Of a stretch of DNA of 18,003 nucleotides, positions 7,728 through 14,931 are shown piece after piece. The notes under the pieces are model-generated. The model did not search any database. It was not told the DNA's origin and worked only from the letters and a program-made list of their open reading frames with translations. The stretch is from positions 1 through 18,003 of the IMG/VR virus record IMGVR_UViG_3300009008_000004; one strand, given 5' to 3'. The number at the start of each line of letters is the position of its first letter. Positions within the stretch are counted from its first letter, which is position 1. The DNA comes from a virus. Its lineage: Duplodnaviria > Heunggongvirae > Uroviricota > Caudoviricetes. The position numbers and the translations under genes are program-made.

Positions 7728-8219
7728 ATGTCTATTTTGACGGACAGCAAGGATCCCGAAATCCTTGACCTTGTTGAACTCATCGTTGAAGCAGAACAAC
7801 CCGACAACCCCCACAGCTTCCGCCATACCGCACGGCAGCGGCTCTACATTGATTTGCAGAAGGCTGCCATGGCTGCCGCACAGCGGACGCTCGCACGCAA
7901 AAGGAAGCGAACCCTCGAGAGGCTGCATGCCCGGAGGATGGAAGAAGCACGGGCCGAAGCACACCAACTGCTCGAGACGGCGAGCCTTCCGGGACATGGC
8001 CACCGGAATGTGACGATCGCTGTAGAGACCTACCTCTACGGCACTGACCAGGGTTCCCTGGCCAGAAGTCACCGGCTCACCTACGATGCCATGCGGCAGG
8101 CACGCAGCCGCGGCAGAAAGTGGCTGCTTGGGAACGGTAGCGATATCCTCAGAGAGTTTCTACAAAAGCACACCTCTCCCCAAAAGCGAGAAGCCCTCGA
8201 TGGGGAGGTGCTGCCATAA
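7728..8219 (+). CDS. Putative transcription regulator with C-terminal sigma-70 region 4 (ECF-type)-like HTH (163 aa)
   Basis: YLYGTDQGSLARSHRLTYDAMRQARSRGRKWL fits the ECF region 4 pattern (g.s..eiA..l..s..av...l.Rar..L). Confidence 0.7.
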   Translation: MSILTDSKDPEILDLVELIVEAEQPDNPHSFRHTARQRLYIDLQKAAMAAAQRTLARKRKRTLERLHARRMEEARAEAHQLLETASLPGHGHRNVTIAVETYLYGTDQGSLARSHRLTYDAMRQARSRGRKWLLGNGSDILREFLQKHTSPQKREALDGEVLP

Positions 8220-8308
8220 ACGCGAAACCCCGGAAGATCGGCTGGGAGCGGCTTGCACTGGTTGTCGCTGTTATCCTTGCAGCTACCTTCTTCGCAGCAT
8301 ACCTGTAA
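8216..8308 (+). CDS. Small single-pass membrane peptide with ATA start (30 aa)
   Basis: GGAGGT SD 8204-8209; ATAA overlap with upstream TAA; basic N-terminus then LALVVAVILAATFFAAYL. Confidence 0.55.
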   Translation: MNAKPRKIGWERLALVVAVILAATFFAAYL

Positions 8309-8324
8309 ATCTAACCAGAGCCCT

Positions 8325-8337
8325 GGGTATAAGAATA
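8325..8337 (+). promoter_or_regulatory. GGGTATAAGAATA putative phage promoter
   Basis: Identical to 7691-7703; intergenic. Confidence 0.65.
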
Positions 8338-8341
8338 TTGA

Positions 8342-8443
8342 ATGGGAATCGGTACCTGTAAGGTAAGGCCTCGCCAACGAGTGTTGGGATGGGAGGAGCT
8401 ACACTGCCAAGCATGTACCACTTTGACCAGGAGGTTTCCATGA
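8342..8443 (+). CDS. Putative leaderless small ORF (33 aa, CxxC)
   Basis: ATG 8 nt after TATAAG, no SD; its TGA overlaps the next ATG (ATGA). Confidence 0.45.
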   Translation: MGIGTCKVRPRQRVLGWEELHCQACTTLTRRFP

Positions 8444-8646
8444 CCGACAACAAACCAACAAATTGGCAGTTCTCCCTCTGCATCGCCTTTGTCCGTCAGG
8501 CCGACTCGAAGGAAGACGCCTCGGAGTTCATCTCCGAGGTTGAGAGCGGTGAGATGGGCGTTCCCCAGGAATGGGGGAAAGTCCTCTGGCACGAGGCTGA
8601 TAAGAAGTTCAACACTGGCAGCCCGTGGTGCATGATGCACGGGTAG
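8440..8646 (+). CDS. Hypothetical protein (68 aa)
   Basis: CAGGAGGT SD; start moved from 8389. Confidence 0.75.
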   Translation: MTDNKPTNWQFSLCIAFVRQADSKEDASEFISEVESGEMGVPQEWGKVLWHEADKKFNTGSPWCMMHG

Positions 8647-8667
8647 GAGGTGATTCCCGCAAGGGGG

Positions 8668-8690
8668 GAGAGGGCTGCACGCCTCTCTTT
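8668..8690 (+). terminator. Probable intrinsic terminator at the convergent junction
   Basis: GAGAGG-N8-CCTCTC followed by TTT (short U tract). Confidence 0.5.
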
Positions 8691-8692
8691 AC

Positions 8693-9505
8693 CTATTCTT
8701 CTTTACCTGGGACAGAAAAGCCGGGAACGAACTTGTAGGTACCGTCCTCCTCGTTGAGCTCCCCGAGTTGCATCTCGAAGACCTTCCGGCGGATAACGGT
8801 ATGCGGGGCCTCCTCCTCAGTAAAGAAGAAGCCATTGATCTCCACAGCCGAAGAGGCCTGAAATATCGCAGTTGCATAATTCTTACTCGGCCGAGTGATG
8901 GCCACGAGGGGGGCTGACGCGAGCGAGATGATGGACCGCCCAAGTGACTCTCGAGTTGCCTGGTCCATACCAGGTACCGGCGGTACCATATGGATGGATA
9001 TGCCCATCCAAGCATCCACCGAAATACGTTGCGCAAGACCTACGGGTACGAACTTCTCTCCAGTGGAGACCGCCAACAGACAATCGTCTACCTTGAGAGA
9101 GTCTGCAGTGAAGCAGAAGGACCCCCGCTCATCCCAATACTCTTCCTCATCATAGATGAGCTTCAGATCCTCCAAAGAGAAGGGATGGCGATTGGTAACC
9201 TCAAAGGTGAGAGCCTTTGTCCCATCTTCGTGGACTTCACCCTCCCCATCCTTGCGGATAGCATTACGCATGCTGATGTTGTAATGCCAGCCCTCAGTCA
9301 AGGCTTTAGTCAGCATTGAGTCTACCTGCTCCTTCAACGCCGCAGTTTCCGGGGTTTCCTCTATCTCAGACTCTTCAACAGGGAGCGCCTCAAAGAACTG
9401 CCGCCCATTCTCGGTTTCAAGAACCAGACCTACCTTGCCCTTTTCGCTAACGAGCTCTTCAGCATCAAATCTGCGATAGAGATTTGGCACTATGTACTTT
9501 GTCAT
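8693..9505 (-). CDS. Hypothetical protein (270 aa)
   Basis: AAGGAGAG SD before ATG 9505; start moved from 9610. Confidence 0.85.
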   Translation of the reverse strand: MTKYIVPNLYRRFDAEELVSEKGKVGLVLETENGRQFFEALPVEESEIEETPETAALKEQVDSMLTKALTEGWHYNISMRNAIRKDGEGEVHEDGTKALTFEVTNRHPFSLEDLKLIYDEEEYWDERGSFCFTADSLKVDDCLLAVSTGEKFVPVGLAQRISVDAWMGISIHMVPPVPGMDQATRESLGRSIISLASAPLVAITRPSKNYATAIFQASSAVEINGFFFTEEEAPHTVIRRKVFEMQLGELNEEDGTYKFVPGFSVPGKEE

Positions 9506-9674
9506 ATTTCTCTCCTTCAACGTGAAAGGTTCCTTTCTCATCCACGCGGACCTTTGTGGGGTCCAAACGCTTATAAAGGTCCCCCTTCCGAGCAGCATAA
9601 CCGTTTCCATAATGGAGCATGTCGAACATCAGCAGAAGTTGTACCTCGTCTTTGGGTACCCATTTATCACTCAC
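9465..9674 (-). CDS. Small hypothetical protein (69 aa)
   Basis: GTGA overlap with upstream stop, GGGGTGA SD; fills an otherwise empty gap; 41-nt overlap with downstream gene. Confidence 0.6.
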   Translation of the reverse strand: MSDKWVPKDEVQLLLMFDMLHYGNGYAARKGDLYKRLDPTKVRVDEKGTFHVEGEKYDKVHSAKSLSQI

Positions 9675-9922
9675 AGCGTCACCCCAAGCAGGTCCTTCAG
9701 ATGGTGACGCGCCTGCGTCTCCAAGTAGAAGGGACCATAGATGGTCTTGGCATCTGGCAAGATACCCATGCGCGCTGTGTTGTAGATCTTCCATTTCTTA
9801 TTGTCATCTTCGACACACCAGAAATACTTAGCCTCCGGGTCGTCGGAGACCATGACGTACATGTACTCCTTCTCACCCTCAAGACCGAGTGCTGGTTCTT
9901 TTCTAATCAATACCTGGGTCAT
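9671..9922 (-). CDS. Hypothetical protein (83 aa)
   Basis: GAAGGTG SD; tight spacing with neighbours. Confidence 0.8.
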   Translation of the reverse strand: MTQVLIRKEPALGLEGEKEYMYVMVSDDPEAKYFWCVEDDNKKWKIYNTARMGILPDAKTIYGPFYLETQARHHLKDLLGVTL

Positions 9923-9924
9923 GA

Positions 9925-10521
9925 TTACACCTTCAGGAAGTTGTGGATAGTGCGGACAAGGTCCGCCCCGGTTTCCAGGTCCTTCGTTACGCGAGATGCA
10001 GGGTAATCAATCCATTCCTGTGATTTGCCGGACCGAGCATTCAACAGCTTGTCCTCGTATTGTACGGTTTGGACTGACGATACTACATCGTGGAACGTCT
10101 TCTCTTTCTTGAACCGGCGGAGGCGAAAACCCGCATTGCCCCGCGCCTTTTGGTAGATCTTAGCTACCTGCTCAGCAACCTTCTTTAGATTGGTCCTAAA
10201 CCCAAAAGAGGTCTGAAGCATCATATCGGGGATAGTAATGCCGCAACCTTTGCAGTTGACGTACTCTTCCTTCGTCTTTGCGTGGACCAACTGCTCGTAC
10301 CCCGGGGGAAAGAGGAATCCGCACTGCGGGCACATGTAGGCAATTGCGCGGTCCTGTACCGCATTTACCGCCCAAACAAGGATGATACCCGAGGGAGTAG
10401 ACTCCGTGTCCAGGGGCTTGGGGTCCAAAAGGAATATCTCAATGGAATATTCTGGGCGAAGGGGAATCTGTCCCCCCGCCGTCTGCTTCTGCACCTCACC
10501 CGGTTTGATTATCTGGCCCAT
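9925..10521 (-). CDS. Zinc-ribbon-containing protein (198 aa)
   Basis: CPQC...CKGC; TAATG coupling, GGAGG SD. Confidence 0.88.
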   Translation of the reverse strand: MGQIIKPGEVQKQTAGGQIPLRPEYSIEIFLLDPKPLDTESTPSGIILVWAVNAVQDRAIAYMCPQCGFLFPPGYEQLVHAKTKEEYVNCKGCGITIPDMMLQTSFGFRTNLKKVAEQVAKIYQKARGNAGFRLRRFKKEKTFHDVVSSVQTVQYEDKLLNARSGKSQEWIDYPASRVTKDLETGADLVRTIHNFLKV

Positions 10522-10772
10522 TATAGTGCGCCTCCTTGCGGCACCTCAATTGTCCGAACGTAAGGCCCCAAAAGGCCATCCAGACAATCAATACAAAACT
10601 CCGCGGCATACATTGTTTCGTCCTGAACATAGTTCACTGCGAGGAACTCATTGTTCGGGGGTAACATATGCAGCTTATCCGGAATCGCAAGCTCACGGCC
10701 GCATTTATCGCAGATAACCGCAGTTACAACGAGGGACTCCACTTCCTTAATCTTCGTCTCCGTCTTTTTCAT
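10521..10772 (-). CDS. Small zinc-finger protein (83 aa)
   Basis: CDKC...EFCIDC; GAGGTG SD. Confidence 0.85.
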   Translation of the reverse strand: MKKTETKIKEVESLVVTAVICDKCGRELAIPDKLHMLPPNNEFLAVNYVQDETMYAAEFCIDCLDGLLGPYVRTIEVPQGGAL

Positions 10773-11184
10773 CTGGCACCTCTATGTTGTAGACCGCTGC
10801 CTTCTTTGCAATATCCCAGGTCCAATATAAGGACTTTCGGAAGCTATCAGCGGCCGGCAGAATCTTGTCCGCCTCTATGCTTACCATCCACTGGAACCTA
10901 AGCTCTCCACGATGGGGCATCAACATCTTCCCCACCCGAAGGATGTACCCGCGGTGGTCTGCAAGCAAAGCCCGCACTATTACGTACCACCGTTTCTGCG
11001 CATTCATCTCCAGGAAGAACGTAAAGTTAGTCGGACTAGTAGTGCCCTCGACTACACGAATTCCTATATCCCTAAACGTAGAGACTACAGCAAGAAAAGC
11101 TCCCTCGAGCTCACCCGCGATTGAGTCCGGGATAAACTTATCGTACTTGTGTGTAAACCCGCCGAGGTCTACCTTCTTCCTCAT
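10747..11184 (-). CDS. Hypothetical protein (145 aa)
   Basis: ATGA overlap; coherent composition. Confidence 0.82.
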   Translation of the reverse strand: MRKKVDLGGFTHKYDKFIPDSIAGELEGAFLAVVSTFRDIGIRVVEGTTSPTNFTFFLEMNAQKRWYVIVRALLADHRGYILRVGKMLMPHRGELRFQWMVSIEADKILPAADSFRKSLYWTWDIAKKAAVYNIEVPDEKDGDED

Positions 11185-11717
11185 TTCGTCACACCGTAAA
11201 TTGCTTGTATCTCAGCAGGGCCTGCTACCGCAGTTGCGGCCCCGCAAACCAAAAAGAGACTCTCCGGCAGATCCGCGTGCTCAAGCAGCTGCATCCCAAG
11301 AAAGGTCTCGCACCCATCGTAGAAACACCCAAGCGCTGTATCCGCCGCTTCCTTGCTCGGTACTATGAAGTGGGAGGCCTCCAGACCATCCTGCTGCATG
11401 GCACACATGGTACGCGCGATATCCTCAAAGATATTGTCGTACCCCTGCACCGGCTTGACCGTGACGCGGTCCAACAACTCTTTCACAGTGATGTCCTGTG
11501 CCAGCCGCTCCTCAAGCTCCGGCTCGAGGGGATGGCCGTAATAAGTTACCTTCACCGGCTTTCCCGCCTCAAACAAGATGGCCTGAATATTCGGTTGAGA
11601 TAAAATCTGCCGAAACAAGCGAACCAGTCGGTTGACCGAGTACTTGGGGACATCGACCTCTGCAACCAGCGAACGATTAGCCGAAAGGTCAGCATCTGTC
11701 GGTAGCTTCCTCTTCAT
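11181..11717 (-). CDS. Hypothetical protein (178 aa)
   Basis: AGGAGAGGGG SD; tight operon packing. Confidence 0.85.
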   Translation of the reverse strand: MKRKLPTDADLSANRSLVAEVDVPKYSVNRLVRLFRQILSQPNIQAILFEAGKPVKVTYYGHPLEPELEERLAQDITVKELLDRVTVKPVQGYDNIFEDIARTMCAMQQDGLEASHFIVPSKEAADTALGCFYDGCETFLGMQLLEHADLPESLFLVCGAATAVAGPAEIQAIYGVTK

Positions 11718-11726
11718 ACCCCTCTC

Positions 11727-11939
11727 CTACAGAATGCCTTCGAGGTTCCGGTCCAACTCTTTACTAACCTCCGCGCGGTCCCAAACGTTCAACTCGCCCA
11801 TATAGATGGCATCGAGTTTTGCTCGGAGAGCCTCAAGGTCCTCCTTCCTATCCTTCGGGGGAATCCTCTTCAGCTTCTCCACCTTCCGATACAGTTTTAC
11901 GTACCGCTGTACTGGCGATTCTTCCTTCTTCTTTGCCAT
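11727..11939 (-). CDS. Small helical charged protein (70 aa)
   Basis: AGAGGAG SD; amphipathic helical pattern. Confidence 0.78.
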   Translation of the reverse strand: MAKKKEESPVQRYVKLYRKVEKLKRIPPKDRKEDLEALRAKLDAIYMGELNVWDRAEVSKELDRNLEGIL

Positions 11940-12501
11940 TGTCTACTCCTCTACGCAGGTCAATGATGTCGCCCGGGTAAGCGCCACTCTCCATGTAAGC
12001 GTTGTACTCTTCCTCAGACATCCCAAGGAATTCCTGAAGAGAGCTAACGCCATGCTCATTTTCATCGTCCTCATGCCACACATCGACCAACCGATCAGTA
12101 GCGTTTATAACGTATTCCATGAAGCGTTCGAACCGGGGAACTGGGATAAACGTTACCCCCTCAATATTGGCTACTACCACAGGCTCGCCATGCGGTGGCC
12201 GGCCAATCCAAAACATGTCCTTAAGGGCCCCGTAGAACACGCAGCTGTGTAGCTTGGTTCCAGTGTAAGGCTGCTGAGTGGGTAGGCGACACCACTCCTC
12301 CTCTGACGGGGCTTCAAGGCATTTATCCGCGAAAGCCCCATTTTCATCTCGATACCGAGGTGTTCCTTCCTCCTCAACCATCTCAAAGGACTTGCCGCAG
12401 TACGTGCAGCGGAGGTTGCCCTCCGGCGCGCCCTCTTCCCAATCTTGGACTACAACGTGCCAACGCCCGCCATGGTCTCTCAGGTCGTACTTCTGTCGCA
12501 T
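11848..12501 (-). CDS. Hypothetical protein with CxxC (217 aa)
   Basis: GGAGG SD; CTYC; SLQEFLGMSEEEY segment; 92-nt overlap with next gene. Confidence 0.82.
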   Translation of the reverse strand: MRQKYDLRDHGGRWHVVVQDWEEGAPEGNLRCTYCGKSFEMVEEEGTPRYRDENGAFADKCLEAPSEEEWCRLPTQQPYTGTKLHSCVFYGALKDMFWIGRPPHGEPVVVANIEGVTFIPVPRFERFMEYVINATDRLVDVWHEDDENEHGVSSLQEFLGMSEEEYNAYMESGAYPGDIIDLRRGVDNGKEEGRIASTAVRKTVSEGGEAEEDSPEG

Positions 12502-12824
12502 TCTTCCTCCAGATCACGCCACACCTTACAGCGCTCGTTCAACTTGTAACGCATCAACTGGTTCATTGGAACCATACTCGCAACCAAAATCTCATCTGCA
12601 GTCGCCCAGGCAAAAGCCAAGAGGTCAGTCCCAGTTTGTGTGGGCATCTCAAAGACATGGGCAGCCTCACTGTAGAGCCTGCTCAAGTGCGGGTGACTCT
12701 CCCGCAGGTACTTCCTAATACGCTCAACCCTGCCCATCGCTGCGCGTGGGTACATAGCAAAGGGGTTGGTTTCACCCGATTTATTCGGATGATGGTAAAT
12801 ATACATCGGAGTGCGGTCGTCCAT
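12480..12824 (-). CDS. Hypothetical protein (114 aa)
   Basis: AGGAGG SD before ATG 12824; start moved from 13034. Confidence 0.8.
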   Translation of the reverse strand: MDDRTPMYIYHHPNKSGETNPFAMYPRAAMGRVERIRKYLRESHPHLSRLYSEAAHVFEMPTQTGTDLLAFAWATADEILVASMVPMNQLMRYKLNERCKVWRDLEEECDRSTT

Positions 12825-12832
12825 TATTCCTC

Positions 12833-13138
12833 CTAACGAACGGCAGGCCGGAACCGGCGTCGATAGTAACGATTGATTGGCCCGAGGCGCTCCCGCAGAA
12901 ACCAAGTACGTCGTATGTACTCCGACAACGGAGACCGCGGCAATGAATTCAGCATCTGCGAAACAGTATCTACCCGATCCAGATAATCCGGAGTCATGAT
13001 AATGGGTAGCACTGTTGTTTCGCAGTTCCTGCATTTGTACCGCAGACCTACTTTCCTACGGGTGCGCTCGTAACACAACGGGCAACACCACTTAGGGGAT
13101 CTTGGTCTGCCCCGCTTCCTCCTCACCGGCATCGTCAT
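12833..13138 (-). CDS. Basic protein with AT-hook-like RKRGRPR and zinc ribbon (~101 aa; start uncertain)
   Basis: RKRGRPR, CPLC...CRNC, Arg-rich; weak SD, start could be 13132-13150. Confidence 0.65.
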   Translation of the reverse strand: MTMPVRRKRGRPRSPKWCCPLCYERTRRKVGLRYKCRNCETTVLPIIMTPDYLDRVDTVSQMLNSLPRSPLSEYIRRTWFLRERLGPINRYYRRRFRPAVR

Positions 13139-13544
13139 CGTACGTCTCAACCTTTGGTTCGCCTGCGTAAACTACTGTCGATGCTGCCTGCCCCATCTGC
13201 CTAAGTATCTGAGCCTCCAGATCGTCCACCTCCTCCTGGGGGCTTGGTTGGGGCTCGTTTATCAGAGGGGAATCCGGCTCTTCTTCGTAGTCGTCCTCGA
13301 TCAGGCCCACTGTCGGCTCGATGTTCTCGGGGGACAGGGGCTCCTGCGGGGAACTTGAACTTTTGGGGTTTTGGGGGCCACTCGTAATCTCCTGGATCAG
13401 GTTCTGCGCCACCTCCACCTCCGTCGGACACTCTATCACTCCCGAAGACGTTTGGAGAGTAAGGAGTCCCCGAAATTCCTTCGTCCGCACGTCCAAGACC
13501 AGCCCCACCTGCAGCAGCTGGATGTTCAAAGCTTCCTCCAACAT
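13092..13544 (-). CDS. Acidic protein with low-complexity E/D/P-rich C-terminal part (150 aa)
   Basis: GGAGG SD 8 nt before ATG 13544; structured-looking N-terminus, acidic tail. Confidence 0.85.
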   Translation of the reverse strand: MLEEALNIQLLQVGLVLDVRTKEFRGLLTLQTSSGVIECPTEVEVAQNLIQEITSGPQNPKSSSSPQEPLSPENIEPTVGLIEDDYEEEPDSPLINEPQPSPQEEVDDLEAQILRQMGQAASTVVYAGEPKVETYDDDAGEEEAGQTKIP

Positions 13545-13878
13545 CAACTAACCCTCCCAAGAGCTTGGCAAAGTCGACGGAGACAATCTGCCTCGGCAAC
13601 TCCTTCAGCTCCTTCTGCACTTCCTCTTTCCTCTCCTTGGAATGGACATCCAAGTAGGGGACGAGGGCCTGGGTAAATGCGTTGTACGTGTTGACTGCGT
13701 CTTCCTTCTCTCCCAAGAGCGCTTCCAACAGACAACGGACACCGAGGATGATGCCCATCTCTCGGCGCTGTACTACATCCCGCAGCAATAATTCCTGAAT
13801 GGATCCCGCCGGCGGCGTATGCGGATACGTGTGGAACCATGTCTTTAGCTTCCACCATCCACCGGGGGAGTTAGTCCA
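13201..13878 (-). CDS. -1 frameshift extension (GT-like) of the 13845-14399 protein
   Basis: -1 frame closed by TGA at 13908-13906, then open from the slippery site; protein-like WTNSPGGWWKLKTWF...PPAGSIQELLL; no good independent start. Confidence 0.75.
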   Translation of the reverse strand, partial: WTNSPGGWWKLKTWFHTYPHTPPAGSIQELLLRDVVQRREMGIILGVRCLLEALLGEKEDAVNTYNAFTQALVPYLDVHSKERKEEVQKELKELPRQIVSVDFAKLLGGLVDVGGSFEHPAAAGGAGLGRADEGISGTPYSPNVFGSDRVSDGGGGGAEPDPGDYEWPPKPQKFKFPAGAPVPREHRADSGPDRGRLRRRAGFPSDKRAPTKPPGGGGRSGGSDT

Positions 13879-14399
13879 TTTTTTAGGGCACCGCCCGAGA
13901 ACTCTTCAGAAATTCTCTCCAGGAACCAGGAGTAATGCATCTGCAACTTGTTGAGCAGGACATTAGGCACCCGGGAAAGGAGTGCCTCCATCCTCGCCTC
14001 CACTGAAGACTCGTCGGGATCGTCACCCGTATACTGAACCGCGGGGAGATCAATACGCTGCCCACTCAAAGTAAGGTCGACCATACCCAGAGCCAACTCT
14101 GCATTTCGGTACCACGCCGCAACGTAGTCTACAGACTCTCCCGCGAAATCTCCGGTGCGCTTACGCAACCACAAGTCTTCCTTCCCATTGAGGGTTTGGT
14201 AGATCGCTGTGGTTTGCTTAGCCACCTGTACTTCCTGCCGAATGTGTCCATGGATAATATCGGCATAATCGAACATCTTATTGGTAGTAGCAGCGTCTTC
14301 CTTCTCCTTCTCCAGCGCAGGAGGGAGATCAGGAGACTGCGTCCCCAGCTGCTGCAAGCGCTGTGCAGTCTCTTCCGGGGTAGGGACTTTATCCTGCAT
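13845..14399 (-). CDS. Putative tail assembly chaperone, gpG-like (184 aa)
   Basis: GGAGGAG SD; size, LKNG at the slippery site and a -1 extension fit the G/GT architecture. Confidence 0.7.
   Translation of the reverse strand: MQDKVPTPEETAQRLQQLGTQSPDLPPALEKEKEDAATTNKMFDYADIIHGHIRQEVQVAKQTTAIYQTLNGKEDLWLRKRTGDFAGESVDYVAAWYRNAELALGMVDLTLSGQRIDLPAVQYTGDDPDESSVEARMEALLSRVPNVLLNKLQMHYSWFLERISEEFSGGALKNGLTPPVDGGS
13878..13884 (-). other. Programmed -1 ribosomal frameshift slippery heptamer A AAA AAT
   Basis: CTA AAA AAT GGA gives an in-register X XXY YYZ, 10 codons before the 0-frame stop. Confidence 0.8.
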
Positions 14400-14697
14400 T
14401 CTGCTCCTCCAACAGCTCCTCACTCGTGGGGACCGTGGCCTTCTTCTTGGACTTCGCAATGGCCTGGAAGAACGCATCGCGGAACCAATTAGCAACACCC
14501 TTCAAAGGGAGCTTTTCCCGAGAGTTCTCAATAACGTAGACCTGATCATTCGGGAACCGTACGGCCATATCAACCTTCTGGTTGCCCGAATTATCCACGT
14601 ACGCTACCCGGTAGAAACGGCCCTCATCAATCGAAACGATCGAGCCGGGGTCATAGTCACCAACGGGCATTCCAGACATGGAATCAATTTTGTTCAT
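14389..14697 (-). CDS. Hypothetical protein (102 aa)
   Basis: GGAGGAG/AGAGG SD; overlap coupling on both sides. Confidence 0.82.
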   Translation of the reverse strand: MNKIDSMSGMPVGDYDPGSIVSIDEGRFYRVAYVDNSGNQKVDMAVRFPNDQVYVIENSREKLPLKGVANWFRDAFFQAIAKSKKKATVPTSEELLEEQNAG

Positions 14698-14884
14698 CCT
14701 CTTTCTCCTCCAACCTAAAATGAATACACTGATTGCAAAACCCGAGGTCGACGCGGGAAGCTATGTCAGTCGGTGCTCGTAAGCCCAATTCTTTGATGAC
14801 CCGGGGATGGAGGCACGACCGGCCATTCGGACCGACGTCACCCCCGTGGAAACATCTAATTCTCTCCGACTTTTTCTTCCTCAT
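14684..14884 (-). CDS. Small Cys/His-rich protein (66 aa)
   Basis: GGGAGG SD; CFH...CLH...CNQCIH. Confidence 0.8.
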   Translation of the reverse strand: MRKKKSERIRCFHGGDVGPNGRSCLHPRVIKELGLRAPTDIASRVDLGFCNQCIHFRLEEKEDEQN

Positions 14885-14902
14885 CGTCCTCCCTGCAAAC
14901 CT

Positions 14903-14931
14903 AAGGTAACAAATGGATAGGGGGTGTGCAA
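14903..14931 (-). promoter_or_regulatory. Sigma70-type promoter TTGCAC-N17-TACCTT with extended -10 TG and upstream A-tract
   Basis: -35 at 14931-14926, TGn-TAnnnT at 14911-14903, A6 tract upstream, SD and ATG 14884 downstream. Confidence 0.65.

Noticed and set aside
13544-13858. 104-aa ORF MVEAKDMVPH... with a tidy TGATG overlap
   Set aside because: Shadow-frame composition and no SD; the -1 frame over the same DNA is far more protein-like
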